Counted from the whole stretch's first letter, positions 37,443 to 51,479 are shown. The stretch: 62,172 bases of DNA, filler included, from Sphacelaria rigidula (GCA_964200075.2; 11 parts of 11 records of this genome joined end to end with filler, not necessarily neighbours in it), one strand, 5' to 3'. Program-made: numbers and translations. The notes: a model not told the origin generated them from the letters alone.

Positions 37443-39469
37443 GACGAAATAAGTGGTACTCCAGCTAGCCGCTGTGAGCGCTGCTGTGTGTCGGTAAGGT
37501 GTATGTACGACCAATGTATTGCTGTCACCGCAAAGGTTGGATGATGTTGAGCCTACGGGCGTTGGTGGCCGGGATGTGTGGAAGCTGCAGTGTAGTGTGT
37601 CGAGCTTTGGGGCTGCAGGAAACTGGTCTTGACTGAATCGAGTGGGGAGATGTGCGTGGGCGGCTTTGCTCGCATCGAACATTTAGATCTAAAGATCGCA
37701 AAAATTAAATATTTGTACCGCGTAAGTTATGTCTTGATCCAAATCGGGCACCCTGACTCCAGGCGCATCTGCGGCGACCTACTGTACTGCTCATCATGCC
37801 GTACATTTGAGTGCCATCACATTCCTGTGTGCCCCCGCGATTCATGTCGATCTTGCCCCCCATTCATGCCCACCTTTCTTGTGCCGGACCATCGCGGAAA
37901 AGTTATTTTCTTCTCAAACGGTTGGCTGTGGAGTAGTACCGATTATCATTCCCTACAACAACAGTAGCAAAAAGTAAATACTCCGTACTCGCCCTGAGTG
38001 CCGGATTCGTGGAGATCTGTTGACTGGTTTGACCGCTGTATAATATTTGTATTTTTTTCTTCTTCAATGGCGACCGATCTCAACCATTATACAAGTACTA
38101 TACTAAGGAGTTTCGGAAAATGGTTTTTCGCCGCCTTAGATTCACAGTCGGGACGATTTTATAGGCGGGCGGAGTATACTGTATCACACACATACAGTAC
38201 AATGTATACATATATGTACATATATATGTATATATGTATATATGTATATACGTGTGCCACGGCCGGCCGCTATAATACCGGGCCGTTGCTGTTGTATGCA
38301 GCATGACTGATGAACGTTGATGGCGATGATTTTCCAATACATGAAACACGTCAGCAGCAGCAGCAGCAGCTGTCCCCTCGAGAGACGAGGTGATGAGATT
38401 GTTGATGCTCGACTGCTTGACTCCGCCGCAAGCCTGTGCCAGCATCATGCACTGACCGCAAACAAATCGTGCGCATTCCTGTTACAGTGTACATACGCAT
38501 ATACCTTCTTTGATGCAATCACGCACGATCGATGCCAACATACGTTCGCAGCAGCCACATGTCGATAATAAATAGTACCACAATAGTAGTAGTAAGTATA
38601 TTATCATGATAGTTATACCGTTCCGCTGTTCGTTAGTGACATATACGTACCCATTCATACGATGTTATAGTCGAAAGTAAGTTGAGTTGATTGCTGTATA
38701 TATACCGGTAGACCTAAGGAAAAGTACGTAAACAATGATTGATACTCGATTTTACTTGATTTCAGGCTCGAGAAAGTTATGAGAAAAACCATGGTCTGGG
38801 GCAGGTGAGCCGTGGTGAGCAGTAGACCCAGCTCGTCCAGAACGTGTTTTGGTCCAAAAGCGGCTGAAAGGCGTCGATTTCAGCTCTGGCAACGCATACT
38901 TTTCCTTAGGAGCACTCTGCACCCTCTTGACCAAGGGCTCTCGGTATGCCTTGGTCGGGGTTAGGGTTAGTGTTGGCGTTAGGGTTGGCGGCATCTCCAT
39001 ATTACCAACCATTGTTTACGTACATTTTCTCAGGTCCCCTCGTATATACTTCTTGCAGAGATCACTCATATATTTCACATTTCCATGCAGAAAACTGTGA
39101 ATTTCGATTTTTTTCCTCCGCGCTCGATTGGATTTTACCGAGAAAACTAAATGCGCACCCGGGTGCACCATCGAACATCATTTGCACCCTGAGATAATGG
39201 CAAAAACACGCGCGGCTTGTCAGTGCCGCATGACCACGGCCCCGACTGTGGTGAAACTCGGGTCACACTTATTTCAATCCGAGCCAGCACGAACAACAAA
39301 CACAGAGTACAGTAGTACAACAGTATCGTGATGTCGCACCATCTCTCACTACTCGTCGCATGGTCGAGTCTGCATGATTTCCCACTGCCAGCTCGAAAAA
39401 AACAAGAAATGTTTTGTACTGATTACTTCAAAGCTCAAAATTTTATGCTCGCTAATTTCCATCCGCCAT

Positions 39470-39530
39470 GCTGAAGCCATCGTTCGGCAACGGCGACTGC
39501 TGTTCGCAGGAGCCCTAGATAGACAACAGG
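39470..39530 (+). mobile_element. 5'-truncated RTE LINE C-terminal fragment
   Basis: AIVRQRRLLFAGALDRQ resembles the RTE C-terminal motif IRxRRLxF/WAGxxxR; cut by the contig end. Confidence 0.55.
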
Positions 39531-39919
39531 NNNNNNNNNNNNNNNNNNNNNNNNNNNNNNNNNNNNNNNNNNNNTTAATTAATTAANNNNNNNNNNNNNN
39601 NNNNNNNNNNNNNNNNNNNNNNNNNNNNNNGGGGAAGATGGCTTCGCTCGGTCGTAAGTGCTTCGCGTCTTCTCTGCAAAAGAGAAAAGCCACTTCAACC
39701 TCATTTTTTAGGATCATCCACTGTTAAACTGTGTTGTATGTGATGTGTGGAAGAAGGAAGATCCGACATAGGTGTGACATGATTGGAATCAAGGAACGCG
39801 AGCGTTGAAAGCGCGGAATGGTGGATGTTATGCACTGAATTTTGGAGATCGTTTTGACATTGTTAGGGACGCGGAACACCCGACTTCGTCATAGGCAATA
39901 AAAGCAGTTTTTTCGCCAG

Positions 39920-40815
39920 ATTGAGAGTAGAGGATGCGATTGAGAGTGGAAAGCGGTCAATTAGTGAATCAATCGTTTCAGTTCGGAAATGTCTCTCCAG
40001 GAGGCCCGATATGCTTTTGGAAGTAGCTTGCCACTGAAACCTTTGATATCCCTGAGTAGAATATCGACGTGTAGCTCGAGGCACATGCCCGTGATGAAGG
40101 CAAAAAATAGCACACGCAGGGTGGAAAAATGGCCAACCTAAAGAGAATGATGAAACCCACTCACGATCAGCGATTTACTCTCAATCTTACAAATACGTTG
40201 TTCAATGCGTTCTGAAAAATAAAGAACTGAAACACGCAGAAAAAGGTGCATTTGTTCTCCAACAGTAGGCGTTCGCTCAGAAGTTGATATATTGCTTACG
40301 GAAGAGGAACACCTCTCTGTGCAACAGTTGACTGAAATTCGCTGCAACATGAACATATTGAACATTCGATATTTCACGAAAAAAGCTATATTTCTTAGAT
40401 AAGAAAAAAATACGCGACTTCATTTACTGAGGCTATGACGGACCGCATGAACGAAATCTCCCCGCGAGAAAAACGTCTGATGGGAAGACGTTTTTCCAAA
40501 CTAAAACTGCTTGCAAACAACTGCACGAAGTCAAGGCGGAAAAAACAACGTTTCCGTGATGTTGAGAGTAGAGGATACGAATGAGAGTGAAAAGCGGTCA
40601 ATTAGTGATTCAATCGTTTCAGTTCCGAGATGCCCCTTCACGAGGCCCGATATGCTTTCTGTAGTAGCTTGCCGCTGAGGCCCTTGATACCCTTGAGTAG
40701 GATCTCGAGGTGTAGCTGTGAGCACAGGTCAGTAATGGAGGTAAAGGAAAGCACACACGGAATAAAACAATCGGTTAAATTGAAGCGAATGATCAAAACC
40801 GCTCTCAATTAGCAC
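39920..40815 (+). repeat. Diverged direct repeat, about 250-bp units about 640 bp apart
   Basis: 39920-40175 aligns with 40561-40815 (ttgagagtagaggat, aaagcggtcaattagtga, gaggcccgatatgcttt). Confidence 0.85.
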
Positions 40816-42506
40816 TCTGCCCTCTTGGGTCGAACGTTGAATGTCGCTCTCGTCGAACGTGAACGGGGATGGAGCAAATCGGCCGTTAAATTCACCGAAT
40901 CCCGAACCCCAAGCAGTAGACCTTACGAAATGTACGTAAACACTGGTTGGCACCCCAAGACAGAGACAATATAACTCGTCTTCATGTTTCAACAGAGCGC
41001 AGCAAATCGGCTGTTATGAATTCACCGAACCCCGAACCCCGGGAAATTGAATTTAAGAAACACAGAAAGGCTGACGAAAAGCACCGTGCGGAACTCTACG
41101 AACAGGCAACAACAAATTGGTGAACGGTGGTGGAGAAAACGTTGCACTACCTGATCAACCTCACGTCAATATGAGTTTTGCGCAATGCAGTCACACATAT
41201 GAGATGTGAACAGCGACATGGTTAAAAGAAAAATCTGGCCCGAAGAGAATACAGATGCTTTTGTTGCGTTCTGCGGCCTCCTGTATTTATCGTGTATTCA
41301 TCTAAAGTTTCCGTTTTTCAGAATAAAAGTGTCAGATCCACCATCAGGGTTCCGCGTATTGCCTATTACGCGCTTACTTTCAGGCACTGACTGCTTGGGT
41401 CGAAGATGAAATTTCGCCCTCGTCGAAGGTGAACGGTGATGGGAAAAACATTCCACTATCTCATCAAGCTTTCGAAAATGAAAAATGCCGCAGGGTGACG
41501 TCGAGCAGAAGGAGTTTGTGAAATGTACTGTTTCAAGAGTGGGTCTAATTGTCCCGCTTGCACGGGAGCGTTCACATGTAATCTTAGTTATACATAATTC
41601 ACTTGCTTACAACTCTTTAGTATAGTGAATACAATATTTCCACGAGAAGATCTGTACCTTTCCAAATAAAACAAAAGGGCAACGGCCTAGAAAAGGTATA
41701 CCTTCTCGTTTTTTGCCTAGGAAAGGCACGAAAATTGGCCAAAAACGCGAAAACAGCCAAACACGCCACTTTGACCGTTTTCGCTCCGGACTTTTCACGC
41801 ACATCGTTCGGGGGGGGCATTGGCACCCGGGACTCGAACACAACGGATAAAAAACATGTTAGCCGAGAGATATGGCCACGCGAAAACGGACATTTCGCCT
41901 CCAGAAACCGCTCACCTTTTGTAGGCCACATTTCGCCGGGGTATACCTGATCCAGGAATTCTTGTTCAATCGTACCTTATCTGGGCCACCGATCGGTCGA
42001 GAACGTACCTTCGCTAGGCTATCGCTCTCTACACTGTGCCAGGGAGTCTACGCGCCGACTCCAACCATGGCGCCCACACATTCGGCCCTTTTCCCGCTCA
42101 TTTGCCGTTCACGGTCGCCACAACGACCGCGCCCCTTTCTCCCCGGAAGCGGTTCCCGAGTCTCTCCGCATCGACAAAATAACTGGACTCATAACTTACA
42201 ACACAACTCACAACGCGTCGGTCTTTTGTGTGTGAAAAACCGTACTGTTCCGATCTCGGGGCTGGTGTCACGGCCAAGCTAGGCTTTTCCTCTACGAGCG
42301 GGTGGTTGTCACATCATCGATGGTTGGTTGGTTCAAGCAAGGATATGCCTTGTGACTGAAAGCTGCACAGAAAGGCAGGACTACAGTACAGTTTGGTATT
42401 TCGTTTGCTTAGACCTTGTCGGATCGGAGTGCTAGGTAGATTTGAAGACGAGCACTGAGTTACCGATTACCACGATATGTCATAGTAGTAGGCTAGTTTA
42501 CCGGGA

Positions 42507-42807
42507 TTGGGCTACAAATGTTCATGGTCGACACATTTTACAAGTATCTCTACCCCTACCCCTACCCCCTAACCCCTAACCCCTAACCCCAACCCATCGC
42601 GAACCGAAACCCTCGGACAAGAGCGGCACATAGCAATCCCTTGGCAAAGTGCGGCCTTTGCAGACCCCAAATCAGCTCCTGTGGCGCCGGTTTCGACGAA
42701 AACTGCGCACACGAGGAGCACACGGGACCGTCAGCCGTACTTTGAATCCGATTCTCGTTGTGCACACTCTAATCAAGTAATATCAACGATGGAGATTTGT
42801 AAACCAA
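42507..42807 (+). mobile_element. Most complete copy of the telomere-hexamer MITE family
   Basis: TIR-like ends ttgggctacaaatgttcatggtcga / tcaacgatggagatttgtaaaccaa around a cccta(a/c) array and the family core. Confidence 0.7.
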
Positions 42808-43947
42808 CGCTGGTTATCTCTACTGGCAGAAGTCGCAACACATCGTCAGTTCGAACAAGCTGAAGGAAAGGGAGCTTCTTAGGCGACGACCGCTACTACA
42901 TTATGGTGACAGCGGAGAAGGAGGGAAGAAGAGGGGTGTCATGATGTTCGGGTTTATTGAGCAGTTTGAGGTACTACCAAGGACGATTCACGCGGACTCG
43001 GCGGGGTGTGCGTGCGTTCAGCGACTTACGCCGATTAGATTTATGTTCCTGTGTCTACAGAATATGCCTCACCGCCAGTATTGTTATGGGTAGGAATGGG
43101 GCCGATTCTGGTTATTTATGGAAAGTGCAAGCTGAACGCTACATGCGTCACAAGTGGTCCGAATTCCAACGAATCATATTAATGGAAAAAACACGCGTCA
43201 CCTACAAATGACGGTTTGGCTCATCAGAAACGAACTAAATTTCTAGTACATTTATTGAAGCCTGGGAGTGGTCGGTGTTGAGGTGATCTTGTTCCTCCGG
43301 AAAGCTCGCTCCACATCATTAGTAGATGGACAATCCTGTTGCGCTAGCTAGTGTCCTGCTTCTGTCTGTACCAGTCGGGAAGTACACGCCCGCGATCTGC
43401 CACCCCACGTTAACCGTCGTTGCGAAGATAACGAAACAAGAGCACGAACAGCAGCTGTTGTGGCCGCTACACACCAACGTAAATGCAGTGAAAGGCGTGC
43501 TTGACATGGTGCTAGAACGACAAAGTGCAAAAATTTGGAGATCATGAGCAGCAGCGTCGCACATCCAAAAACTACTGAGAACGATGCTGATGATGTTGAC
43601 GATTCAAGAGGTTCATGCAGTGCGGATTGGCTACGCGCTACATGTCCTACACACAGCTATGACTGCGGGGTTGGGAAGTGAATTTCTCGTGGGCCCCATG
43701 GGGTCAGGGTCATGGCATGAGTGGAAGGAATGCCATTTTGTCAGTCGCTTGGGCACGGTCTGGTGCTCTCCGTCCAGATCAATATCTTCAACGTCAATTT
43801 TTTCCTATTTGCAGTATGTACAGGCACTCACTCGGAACACCGTAGCTCTGCCGACCTGGTCATACATGGTGCGCAGTCTGAAATCAAAATCACTCAGACA
43901 CAACAGCCCAAGTTCATGTGTAATCTCGCCCTCTGCAACTCAATAAA

Positions 43948-44410
43948 TGAAGGGTACTCGCTGTTGAAAGGCGAATTTGCCCTTCGTGTACAGCCGTACA
44001 TAATAAAGCAGCACCTGGTGTCATGCCACAAAGTGAAATGCCATCCGTCACAAACTGCGCGCCGCAAGAAACAAAACACGCAGCCCAAAAACGAAGCATC
44101 ATATTGTGATACTAATAATAGTATATACAGAGTGCTACTCAATACATGACCGCAGTCACCAGCAGAAGTAACGCACATACTCGTACTAAAATCGCTTTCG
44201 ACGCCTTGGCTACTGCACTGGAGCCCTGACATGAAGCAGCCGCCAGCTTTGTATTTCTTATGTCAACTCTCTCTCTGTAATTCGACGCTTCGAAGGATAC
44301 CCGCCGTTAAAAGGCGAATTTGCCTTTTGTGCTAAGCCGCTCAGAACAAAGCAGCGCCTAGGGGCACGCAACTCAAGTGCATGTTGTCACAACTTGCTTG
44401 CGGCAGGAAA
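43948..44410 (+). repeat. About 120-bp diverged direct repeat
   Basis: 43948-44070 aligns with 44291-44410 (aaaggcgaatttgcc, aaagcagc, gtcacaa). Confidence 0.7.
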
Positions 44411-45359
44411 AGTTGTATGCGCGCCGATTTTTTTTCTTCGACCTCGAAAGACGCTACTAATCCTCAACATAAAAGTGCCGATCGCGCAACGCTCACAACT
44501 CGGCAACGAAGCGGGGGATTGGACTGCGGTTTCCTGCGTGCGCTTCCCACACTCCCAAGCTATGTCGTCTAGTTTTGTTTTCGCATTTGCGCGTGATGCT
44601 GACTCGCAAATGACCTAAAGATACTCAAATCGGGTGTTTTCTGCTCTGGAAGGGAATTTCCGTCCCGCTGACGCGACGCCCGTAAAATATCAAACTAGGT
44701 CCCCTAGACCTTGTGTGTATGCGGGGGGCTGTCAAGTGTCGTGGACCGGCTTGCTTCCTGTGTCGAGAACGGCGCGATATCCAGTGCTACACGTTTCCCA
44801 TACTACACCAACTTAATCAGTGATGAAGCGTGTGTTTAGTTCGTGGGGGCCTCGGGAAAGGTCCGACCACCTACTGACGTGTTGATTATTCCTCCGCGTT
44901 ATTTGTTTTGATGAATCTTGTGCCGATTTTTGGTCGTCAGGGTCCCCATTTCTACCCGAAACTGTATCCGTTGCTTGAACCAACCATCGATGATGTGACA
45001 ACCACCCGCTCGTAGAGGAAAAGCCTAGCTTGGCCGTGACACCAGCCCCGAGGTCGGAACGCTACGGGTTTTCACACACAAAAGACCGACGCGTTGTGAG
45101 TTGTGTTGTAAGTTATGAGTCCAGTTATTTTGTCGATGCGGAGAGACTCGGGAACCACTTCCGGGGAGAAAGGGGCGCGGTCGTTGTGGCGNNNNNNNNN
45201 NNNNNNNNNNNNNNNNNNNNNNNNNNNNNNNNNNNTTAATTAATTAANNNNNNNNNNNNNNNNNNNNNNNNNNNNNNNNNNNNNNNNNNNNAAAAAAAAT
45301 GGAAGAAAAAAACACCCCACCCCGGGGAGCAAAACACAATTAAAGGGGGCGGGGCACAC

Positions 45360-45394
<35 letters not shown>

Positions 45395-46463
45395 AAGTGG
45401 CTAGTTTGAGGAGACAAAATCTACATGTGAATCATGATGGTCACAAGCCAAGTACACCGAGCAACTGGAAACTCCCACGCTTGAGACCGTTTTCGCCGAT
45501 GTCGCCCGTATGAGGGGCTTCATGCAGTCTGAAACTAAACATGAGGCGCTGTATGACCAGTTTCTTCGTGACAGGTTCGGAGCCAGTTTGGGGACGGGCT
45601 ACCGCGGCAACACTCTGTTTTCTCCACTTCACGCCCTGGACAATATTTTAAGGATCGGACAAATAACGAATTTGTCTGGAAATTACTTGATTTTGGTATA
45701 ATTGATTCGAATCGTACGAATCAATCCCTAGGCTTCGTTTTCAGCGTTGCAACCCAGGTACACGCAGCCCAGACACCTCGAATGGCGCAAAAGTTGCGTG
45801 GATACCTATTGGATCAGCGGTCAACGTCTTCTCCTTTTTGGGCAATCAAGCCGAAAAAATCGTGGGATTTGGTGATTCGAACCCGTGATGATTCGTCCTG
45901 ACCATGCAACATCATCACCGTCGCAGAAACGACCCACCGTTATGGTATGGGAACCAATCGAGAAACTGCCAACCCGAGGCTCTGTTGATGAGGGTTGGTC
46001 CTTTTTCTTCATATTTTTTAGGTCCGAGACATCCGACAGTGGCTTTCCCCCCACCAAACGGGAGCTATGTCACCAACTGTTTCGAAACGCTGAGCATCCA
46101 ACTCACTGAGGGGAGTCGAACCCACACTTCCCCTTCCCTGGTTTGACTCTGGCGTTTACAAGACGACCACTTGAGAAAGATTCACCTGGAAATTAAACAT
46201 GTGAAGTCGACGTGGGAATTTTGCAAATAGCGCGACGAGAAGAATTCCAGCCCTGCCTGCGAAGTCATCTCTACCACTGACAATGTACTTGCATCAAATG
46301 TTTGTGTTTCAAGTCTGAATTGAACCAATAATACTCCGGAGTAGTTCATTAAAATCGGATAAATATATTATTGCCCTAATCTTCGAATCGAAGGCCATAC
46401 TTGTTTATTTACAATTCAAACAGATAATTATACTAATACATACTATAATGCACTTGGAGAGGG

Positions 46464-46708
46464 ACGCTACGGTAGGGGTGCAGAGATATTCCCCGAGGTT
46501 AGAATTGTTAGGAGCCCTTCATCTCATCCAAAACATGACTTGTAGTGTGTGAGAGTACGCCAGGATTACCATTCCGATGTGCTCGGGATATCCCGAATCA
46601 ATTTGCAAAAGGGGATGCCCTGACCCATATTCTCGTGGGTCTAGAATCGTTAGGAGCCCCTGAATCAGACAAGACTTTGCGCAAAAAGTGCATCCGTACC
46701 GTAGCATT
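46464..46708. mobile_element. Second copy of the 250-bp MITE
   Basis: gctacggtaggggtgca...gtgcatccgtaccgtagc; reverse complement of 35270-35521. Confidence 0.8.
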
Positions 46709-46807
46709 GTTCTGGACAAGTAATTGTACTGATGAACTTAATATAGTCATTTCCTTCAATGATTCAAACATCATCAGGATCGTCATCATCCATCATGAAG
46801 AGCTCAC

Positions 46808-47017
46808 CACTGAGCCGAGGATAGCCTTGGGCAGCGTGTACAACAGGGGCGTGATGGCAACCAGCACAAGCGTCACCACGAACACAGCTGGCACGGTGTG
46901 CATCCTAGAGTTGCAGCCCACCGACTGCACCACGGCGGTGCGGCTGAGAGACGCGGAGGCAGTGTACGTCTGGAACATGGATCCGATCACGTTAGCCGTC
47001 GACATGGCCACCAATTC
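46808..47017 (-). CDS. Exon of SLC26/SulP family sulfate/anion transporter
   Basis: tgacag| ELVAMSTANVIGSMFQTYTASASLSRTAVVQSVGCNSRMHTVPAVFVVTLVLVAITPLLYTLPKAILGSV |gtgagc; family motifs ELxA...N...S.F, SLSRTAV and LPKAIL. Confidence 0.93.
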
Positions 47018-48363
47018 CTGTCAAACGATTCACGTGTAACAGCGTGCGTCATCGGCATCGTTTACAGTGCGGGAGGGAAAAAACGATTCAGGGGGTGGGA
47101 GAAGCACATAATCAAAAGTCGAACCAAAGAAATGAAGTTGTCGAGTGGCAACATGTGAGTGATGAAACACAGGACATGCGCAGAATGTAGGCAAGATGCA
47201 ACAGACAAATGGCGTATAGGATCCAATCATGCTTGCCGGTCACATGGCTACCAGCTCCTGTTGAATGTGGTGCCGGACAAACAAGAATTTCGTGGCGAAA
47301 ACTGATCGGGAATTGGCGTAGTGGACGACGATAAAACCAAAGGGCAGAAAACAAAACAAGAAGCAAAATGTTGATCATGCTGGGAACAACACTTACGATC
47401 ATGTCCGCCGTTGAAGCTGACATGTGACCACGGTAAGGCTGGATTCCTGCGGGATCGATTGAAGTACGGCAATCAATCAACCAACCAATCAAGCAATGAC
47501 ACTTAATTCCAAGACTCTTTTCCCGTGACGGACGTTACACGTATCGTCAACACGTACCCGTTCTCCCTGAATCGAATTGTTCACTGTGTCAACTAGACGG
47601 CAGAAGAGCTGAGTATATTTTCATGGTCTAATTGACGCAATGAGCATTTCCGTGAAATATGATCCAGCACGATGCCCAACGGTCTTACCGCGTTGTACTC
47701 TGAATGTCGTATTCTTCCATCAGTTTCTTTCGACATGCCATGATCCAGCCTTTTCAGCCGTTTGTCGCGTTCACCCTACTGCTCGAAGTTTGGGAGGGGA
47801 AATCCGCATATATCGCCTTTGCCGCGTACGAAACGTGCGCAATAAAGAGCAGAAATGAGCGGCTCTTCGCATTTTTATGTCTTGTTCCACACTCCCAAGC
47901 GAAATCCCGGTACATGTTGCTCTCCACTTTAAAGTCGTACTCTAGTTCGTATTTCTCGCCACTTTCAGGCACTGTTCGAGTTTCAGGTACACACTGTCGG
48001 GGAAAGCAGACGATTTCAGGTACACATGCTGCAATATCATCCGTGATCAGGTGTTTCGTCGTTTTTCCCGATCAGCTGGTCGTATTTGAGTCAGTTTTTT
48101 CTTGCTATGGAGCGATACCTGAAACCATCCCGAAATTGCTCAGGTACTACAGTACCTGAAAGTGGCCACTTCCAAATTAAAACGTCAAACAAATAAGCAC
48201 ATCCAGATCTTGAAAAGCGCGCGGTGAAAAAACGTACAGTGGCAAACCATGACAAGCGCAAACAAACGAAGTATGCTGCGATCGAAACGTGCGCCAAAGA
48301 AAAAAAACGCAAAAACACACACACACACACACACAAGAAGACACGTGGTCTCCGAATGCTTGC

Positions 48364-48513
48364 CTGATCACCGTCGATCTTGTACTTGTTCTGGTTCATT
48401 CTGGCGAAGGTCTTCCCGATGGATATGGTGATGATGTACGTCATGACAGCCACCAGGAGGCTCTGAATGGCCAGATTACCGCCGTAGGCGGAGAAGCCGC
48501 CAACGCCGTCTAC
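48364..48513 (-). CDS. Preceding exon of the SLC26/SulP transporter
   Basis: tttgcag| VDGVGGFSAYGGNLAIQSLLVAVMTYIITISIGKTFARMNQNKYKIDGDQ |gcaagc; joining gives ISIGKTFA...YKIDGDQ-ELVA, the conserved YxIDxNQEL motif. Confidence 0.92.
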
Positions 48514-50564
48514 CTGCAAAAAGACAAAAAAAAAAAAACATGAAAACAGAGAGAAATGAGAATTTCAAACGTATTGCAGTATTTGGAAGATCACACGGCG
48601 CATGAAATAAAAAATCGTACTCAAGAGGTGATGCTGCAATGATGGTGGTGATGATGGTCGTCGTTCCGGAGCAGTGTTCCAATAATTCTAGTCAAGTGAT
48701 TTGTGCTCAAAAAGGTGGTATAATAGTCATTTCGGAACGATTTTTCGATATTTCATTAACCGTATATGCGAACAAAACAATCACTACAAAAACATGCAGA
48801 CACCGTATGTTTTGTTCGCTATATATATATTGGTATGTGCTGTATATACATACATGTTACTAACTAGATAAATGGTCAAAACTTGACGTCACGAGAGCGC
48901 CAACTGTAGGGCCTCACGAATGTCTGAGCACAGTATATGACATGCCTGAGATCGCTCCTCATGGGGATGCGAACCGCTTTGAGGGGATACTCGAGTTCCG
49001 GGGCATTTGGCAGATTTATTTTACCGCAAAACAAAATATACAAGTATCGCCACTACATGTCCTGGGCACTATGGATCACCTCACCCACTTCTTCCATTCG
49101 CTAGGTTCCTAGGTTTGGCGAAGGGCCGCTTGCCCAGAGCCCAGCTGAAAATGCAAAAATGTCAACACGATATGGAAACTGTACAAACATCACACCAGAC
49201 ATTTACCTCTTTCCATGTCCTGTTTGACTTTTGGCTAATGGCTATTTGTAAAACCAATAAGCCTACGAGCGGATCGGAAAGGAGTTCTCCTCCGTGAGGT
49301 GATGCATAGTGTTCAAGACATGTCGCGGATATATTTCCCGGTTTAGTCAAATGTCCCGAAGCTCTCTCTGCAAACCCTTTCGCAACGCAGCAAGAGATCG
49401 GCCTTGGGGAGATACATGGCAACTGCATGCTATCCGAACGGTAACCACAAGGACAGTGACCACAACCATATCCTATACAGTATGTTTGCATGAAGATGTG
49501 AGCTCGGTATACACGTCCGAAGAATGACACCTTCAAGAACATGGTGAGAAATTATGATTTTGAATGAACGCTAACGCCAACGCCAACGCCAACCAAAGGC
49601 ATACCGAAGATCCTCGGGTGAGCGGGGTGCAGAGCGTGCTCTAGGCAAAGTGAGCATTGGCGGACCTCGAATCGGCTCCAGCGGCGGAAGCTTTGTCAAA
49701 AAAAGTGTTCTGTGCACCCCATTATAGGGGCACTCGCGACTGTCAGCCCCGCTAAAAAAACGAATCTGGGGGTTCACAATCACATTAAGCAATAAAACAG
49801 TCATTTTATGGACCTGTGAGCCCTTCTGGAAGAGGTTATATTCTTCTGTGAAATGACTGGAGAGGTGCTTTGTAAAAAAACGTCGTGAGCACAAGCGCAC
49901 ATTGATTACAAGATTGGTCGGTTGCTTGCTTGCTTGGGTTCCGCACATTAACTCACCCCGGACGGACCCAACCGTGGTCACACTACAGACGTACTCGAGG
50001 TAACGAACAAACCGAACGGAACTGCTCGTCAAAGATAGCTTGAGCACGTATACAACAATCGTTGTGTGATACCTGTCGGAGAATCACAACCAGAACCACA
50101 ACCAGAACCAAAAAAACACCAGGAAGGACGTAGACGGTGGCCCTCGCCTTCTCCCTCGTATCCCACAACATAAGGAAAAGTGGTTCTAGATTGGCACATA
50201 TATGTCAACGTTTGGGGATTTTGATCTGGATTGGCAGAATGCCTACACAGGTTTGGGAAATCTGTTTTAAAATTGACAGGTGTTCCATGTTCTATTCCAC
50301 CATACGTGTGTGACAGTTTATCATCACCACTGACATCAAGGCTCGAGGCATTTAATGAAAAGCAGCCAACAGCACAAATCTAAGCGAGCCAAAAAAACTA
50401 GTATTTCGACCAGACGATACTTGCACCAGGTTAGGCGGCAAATTGAGTGCGTTGCCGCAGTTTCAAACGGCAACCGAATCATGTTCATAAGAATTCTACA
50501 ACGGTCGGACATATAGCGATTCGTGTGAAAATTACTTGAATTCAATGTACAATAATATTGATTC

Positions 50565-50785
50565 ATGCAAAGTTCGACTTCATGGTCGACGAAGAAAAGG
50601 GAGCGCTGAACCCCTCTCGCGATAAGAAAAATAAGGCAAGCACCGCAGCAGGGAGGTGGAGAACCCCCCCCAAAAAAAACTCCTGTGTTGGCCTTCCTCC
50701 TGTGTGACCCCGGCTGATGCGTTCACATACACCGAAAGGTGTAGACCGGCGTCCAAAACAGATGGGATGGCAACACAACACACAC
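50565..50785 (+). mobile_element. SINE family 1 body and tail, 5'-truncated
   Basis: Aligns with the reverse complement of 25323-25555. Confidence 0.8.
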
Positions 50786-51479
50786 CGGACAAATCGACCC
50801 TTGGGCATTGTATGCAGCGTTGCACCCCGTCACCCCGGTGGCTCAGTCGGTANNNNNNNNNNNNNNNNNNNNNNNNNNNNNNNNNNNNNNNNNNNNTTAA
50901 TTAATTAANNNNNNNNNNNNNNNNNNNNNNNNNNNNNNNNNNNNNNNNNNNNCACCAAGCGGTACGTAGACTTCTTAGAGATCTTGAAGGATAGAAGCTC
51001 GTACAAAGTGTGGGGGAATCGTTGGTCAAGCTTTCGGCAGCGAAGGTCTACTCGGAAGCATTAGTGTAGTCGCGACCCATGGTGAATCGTACACGGAGTG
51101 GGCAAAGTGATGTACGGGACATCCCGATGTGAGAAATACCTTGTTTTATGCAAGCCGTCCTTGAACTTTACACAGTGAAAATGACGTCCCTGGAGGAACG
51201 TAACCAGTACAGCAGCGGAGCAAGAAGATAGAAGATACGATCGTGGTACGCCTGGATGGTTTACCATGAAGATCGCCTGGCTCAAACGTGGGGTACTTGT
51301 GTGTCAAAGGTGTTGAACTTGGCTTCATGCTACGAGCCCGTGTTGGAGGCATTATTTAGTGTCGGTGAGTCAGCAAAGCAACTGAATGGCACCAAACCCC
51401 CGACAAGTACTAGGATTGAGATGTCCCAGTACGTTGACTACATCCCACCAAAACAGTTGAAACGAACAACCTGGAGATT

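Larger units (their letters stand above)
42116..45191. repeat. Near-identical inverted repeat pair (42116-42345 and 44965-45191)
   Basis: About 230 bp with roughly five substitutions and two small indels by eye; the right arm runs off the contig end. Confidence 0.92.

Noticed and set aside
42551..42597. CCCTAA-like array as a real telomere
   Set aside because: Short, degenerate, internal and part of a MITE.
49955..50170. VYVLPGVFLVLVV and VTTVGSVRG as upstream SLC26 exons
   Set aside because: Suggestive of the expected TM and VVGxIP region, but I could not build a phase-consistent chain to the exon at 48513.
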